64,000 bases of DNA from Acidimicrobiaceae bacterium (lineage in GTDB: Bacteria > Actinomycetota > Acidimicrobiia > Acidimicrobiales > RAAP-2): assembly GCA_003138895.1 (NCBI GenBank), contig PLHJ01000012.1, forward strand, positions 137,070-201,069, in the 5' to 3' direction. The notes below the pieces were generated by a model. That model was given only the letters and a program-made list of their open reading frames with translations. It was not told the origin of the DNA and searched no databases. The position numbers were made by a program, and so were the translations under genes. Each line of letters opens with the position of its first letter. Within the stretch, counting starts at the first letter, position 1. Below are positions 61,609-64,000 of this stretch, piece after piece.

Positions 61609-63072
61609 GTGCGTAGGTGGCTACTTGGTTCATTTTTTGGCGTTTCAGTCGCCGTGGGACTTGGCGCGTGTTTACTGCCCATTCGCTCGCACATCAGCAT
61701 CTCGACCGCGGCTCTCATACTCGTTATTCCCGTGGTCGTCGGGGTGGTGCTTGGTGGCTTTCGCGCGGGCATACTGAGCGTCATTGCCGGATTCCTCGTC
61801 TACGACTACTGGTTCATACCGCCCTATAAAACACTCACCGTTGGAAATGGTCAAAATTGGGTTGCCCTTGGTGTCTATGTCATTGTCATGTTGCTCGTGG
61901 CGCGCGTCGTCGCGAGCTTTGAAGCCGCACGAGCTGAAGCGCTGCGTCGAACACTCACCACCCGACGCCTCTACGAACTTTCTAAATTGCTGGTTGAAAA
62001 TCGTTCCGTTGACGACCTCTTGCAGACCATTGTCCGCGCCGTCAGCATGGACTTTGAAGTTCCCAGTGTGTCGCTCCTCGTACTAAAAGACGAGCAACTC
62101 GTCGTGGCGGCGAGCGCCGGTGACGCCTTGACGACGGAGGAACTGCGCCAATTGGCTCCGCGGTCGGGACTACCCGTCGCTGTTGGCACCGCGTCGGGCG
62201 CGGAAGGTGAACTTCGTACGATTGCACTATCCGCGGCTGGTCGGCCCATTGGCATGTTGGCGCTTCGTGGAATCCCAGACTCGAGCGCCGATAGAGCGCT
62301 ACTCACAACCTTTGCCAACCAAGCCGCCCTGGCGCTTGAGCGCGCGCAACTACGGGACCAAGCCATGCGTTCGGAATTGCTCGAAGAAGTGGACCGTCTG
62401 CGTCACGTTTTGCTCGGCGCTGTTTCGCATGATCTTCGAACGCCTCTGGCTACCATCCGCGTGGCATCGTCAACGCTCTATAACCGAGCGAGTTCGCTAT
62501 CCGTGGACGACACACGCGAACTCCATCACCTCATTGAAATTGAGTCCGCTCGTCTGACGCGCCTCGTCACGAATCTCTTGGACATGACGCGCGTGGAAGC
62601 CGGCGTTTTAGAAATTGTTCGAAACCCCATTAACCTTCGTGCCCTCATCGACGACGCCAAAGCGGCGCTTGGCGTCAGTCTTGACGAAAGTCGCCTCAAA
62701 ATTGAATTGCCCGTCACCGTACCCGTCGTCGACATTGACCACCTCCTCATTGGTCAAGTTCTCATTAATCTCCTTGACAACGCCATTCGCTTTGCGCCCC
62801 CGGCGACGCCCATCGTTATTAGCGCCACGGTAGAAGACGGCCACGTCGTGCTTGCCGTGGCCAACGAAGGGCCAAGTATCGAAGAGAGCAAGAAAGACGC
62901 TCTGTTCGATCGTTTCGCCCAATTCGATACCGGAGGTCGAGCCGGCCTTGGACTCGCCATTGCACGAACGTTCGTCGAAGCCCATGGCGAAACCATCTGG
63001 GTTGAGAACACTGACGACGTAGGTGTTCGTTTTCTCTTTACGCTGCCTCTAATAACCGCGCAGGAGGAGTAG
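61609..63072 (+). CDS. kdpD: KdpD-like sensor histidine kinase (TM/DUF4118-GAF-HisKA-HATPase only)
   Basis: 4-TM region with YDYWFIPPY.TL, GAF-like linker, SHDLRTPL, NLLDNA, GLGLAI. Confidence 0.85.
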   Translation: MRRWLLGSFFGVSVAVGLGACLLPIRSHISISTAALILVIPVVVGVVLGGFRAGILSVIAGFLVYDYWFIPPYKTLTVGNGQNWVALGVYVIVMLLVARVVASFEAARAEALRRTLTTRRLYELSKLLVENRSVDDLLQTIVRAVSMDFEVPSVSLLVLKDEQLVVAASAGDALTTEELRQLAPRSGLPVAVGTASGAEGELRTIALSAAGRPIGMLALRGIPDSSADRALLTTFANQAALALERAQLRDQAMRSELLEEVDRLRHVLLGAVSHDLRTPLATIRVASSTLYNRASSLSVDDTRELHHLIEIESARLTRLVTNLLDMTRVEAGVLEIVRNPINLRALIDDAKAALGVSLDESRLKIELPVTVPVVDIDHLLIGQVLINLLDNAIRFAPPATPIVISATVEDGHVVLAVANEGPSIEESKKDALFDRFAQFDTGGRAGLGLAIARTFVEAHGETIWVENTDDVGVRFLFTLPLITAQEE

Positions 63073-63077
63073 ACAAC

Positions 63078-63773
63078 ATGGCAAAGGTATTGGTCATTGA
63101 CGACGATCCTTCGTTGCTGCGCGCTCTTCGCGTGGGATTGCAAGCGGGTGGTCACGACGTAACCACAGCCACCAACGGTGAAACCGGAATATCCCAAGCT
63201 GCTCTCAGCGCACCCGATGTCATTGTTTTAGACCTCGGCCTACCCGACATGGACGGTCAGACCGTGTGTCGTCGGGTACGCCAGTGGAGCGAGGTGCCAA
63301 TCATCATTCTTTCGGCGAGTGGAACCGAGCACCTAAAAGTCGCCGCGCTCGACGGCGGTGCGAATGATTTCGTTACGAAGCCTTTCAGCATGGCTGAACT
63401 CGAAGCCCGAATTCGAGCGGTCATCCGAAGTCGCACGACCGAGTCGACCGCGGCGCTTCCCAGTTCACTTTCGCTTGGTTCGCTGGACCTTGACCTTGTG
63501 CACCACGAGGTTCATTTGGCTAACGAGCCAGTGGAGCTGACGTCCAAAGAATTCGACGTCTTATCGTTTCTTGCTCGACACGTCGAAAAAACTTGCACGC
63601 ACCAAATGATTCTCGCGGCCGTTTGGGGCAAAGGTTACGGCGAAGAAGCCCAGTACGTGCACGCATACATTCACCGGCTCCGAGCAAAGCTTGGCGACGA
63701 AGAAGGCCAACTTATCCAAACTGCGCCGGGGGTGGGCTACAGCCTTCACCCCGAAGTCTTAGGGAGTAAGTAG
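63078..63773 (+). CDS. kdpE: KdpE-like OmpR-family response regulator
   Basis: LDLGLPDMDG, ALD.GA.DFVTKPF, IL.AVWG, T.PGVGY. Confidence 0.9.
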   Translation: MAKVLVIDDDPSLLRALRVGLQAGGHDVTTATNGETGISQAALSAPDVIVLDLGLPDMDGQTVCRRVRQWSEVPIIILSASGTEHLKVAALDGGANDFVTKPFSMAELEARIRAVIRSRTTESTAALPSSLSLGSLDLDLVHHEVHLANEPVELTSKEFDVLSFLARHVEKTCTHQMILAAVWGKGYGEEAQYVHAYIHRLRAKLGDEEGQLIQTAPGVGYSLHPEVLGSK

Positions 63774-64000
63774 TACTCGCCCGAAGGCTTGGCGAGATTC
63801 GATATACGCGTGAGCTTCACCCGCGCGTTCAAGCGTGAACTCCTTGTCCGTGACGGCTTCGAGAGAACCCTTCGCCATGTCGTCCAAAATGTCCGCCACC
63901 ATTTGATGGGCCCGTGGGGCGAGGAACAATTCTGCTCCAAGAAAATAACCTGTGAGCGATTGATTGTTCCCTCGCATCGTCGAAATATCGAGCTTCGTCG
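63759..64000 (-). CDS. C-terminal part of an MDR-family quinone oxidoreductase (5' end outside the window)
   Basis: ...F.LE.A.EAHAYIESRQAFGRVLL.P* typical QOR C-terminus. Confidence 0.8.
   Translation of the reverse strand, partial: TKLDISTMRGNNQSLTGYFLGAELFLAPRAHQMVADILDDMAKGSLEAVTDKEFTLERAGEAHAYIESRQAFGRVLLTP

Overview
Gene-dense chromosomal segment from an actinobacterium. The GC content is moderate to high. The gene content (F420-type LLM oxidoreductase, ImuA'/ImuB/DnaE2, Gram-positive-type SOS box, many leaderless starts) suggests Actinomycetota, possibly Acidimicrobiia; this is inference. It holds about 58 CDS. These include ligA-mnmA-cysteine desulfurase, ileS, a polyamine-catabolism cluster, an SOS mutasome cassette with a divergent SRAP gene, two tandem Tat-exported family-5 solute-binding proteins, nucleobase-salvage genes, a heterodimeric ABC exporter, a rhodanese/persulfide dioxygenase pair, and kdpFABC with kdpD/kdpE. 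I saw no rRNA, tRNA, CRISPR array, transposase, integrase or prophage gene. I cannot demonstrate a wholly new system. The best leads are a kdp operon with a second 27-aa membrane peptide upstream of kdpF plus an N-terminally truncated KdpD, an internally shortened ImuB whose cassette has a LexA box over the imuA' start codon, and a PknB-like pseudokinase. Further leads are a GXHH-type IleRS, orphan non-lipoprotein Tat SBP paralogues with a duplicated promoter, and an unlisted 39-aa membrane protein. Several start sites were moved relative to the ORF track using SD or leaderless -10 evidence. All family calls come from motif recognition by eye; no database search was run.
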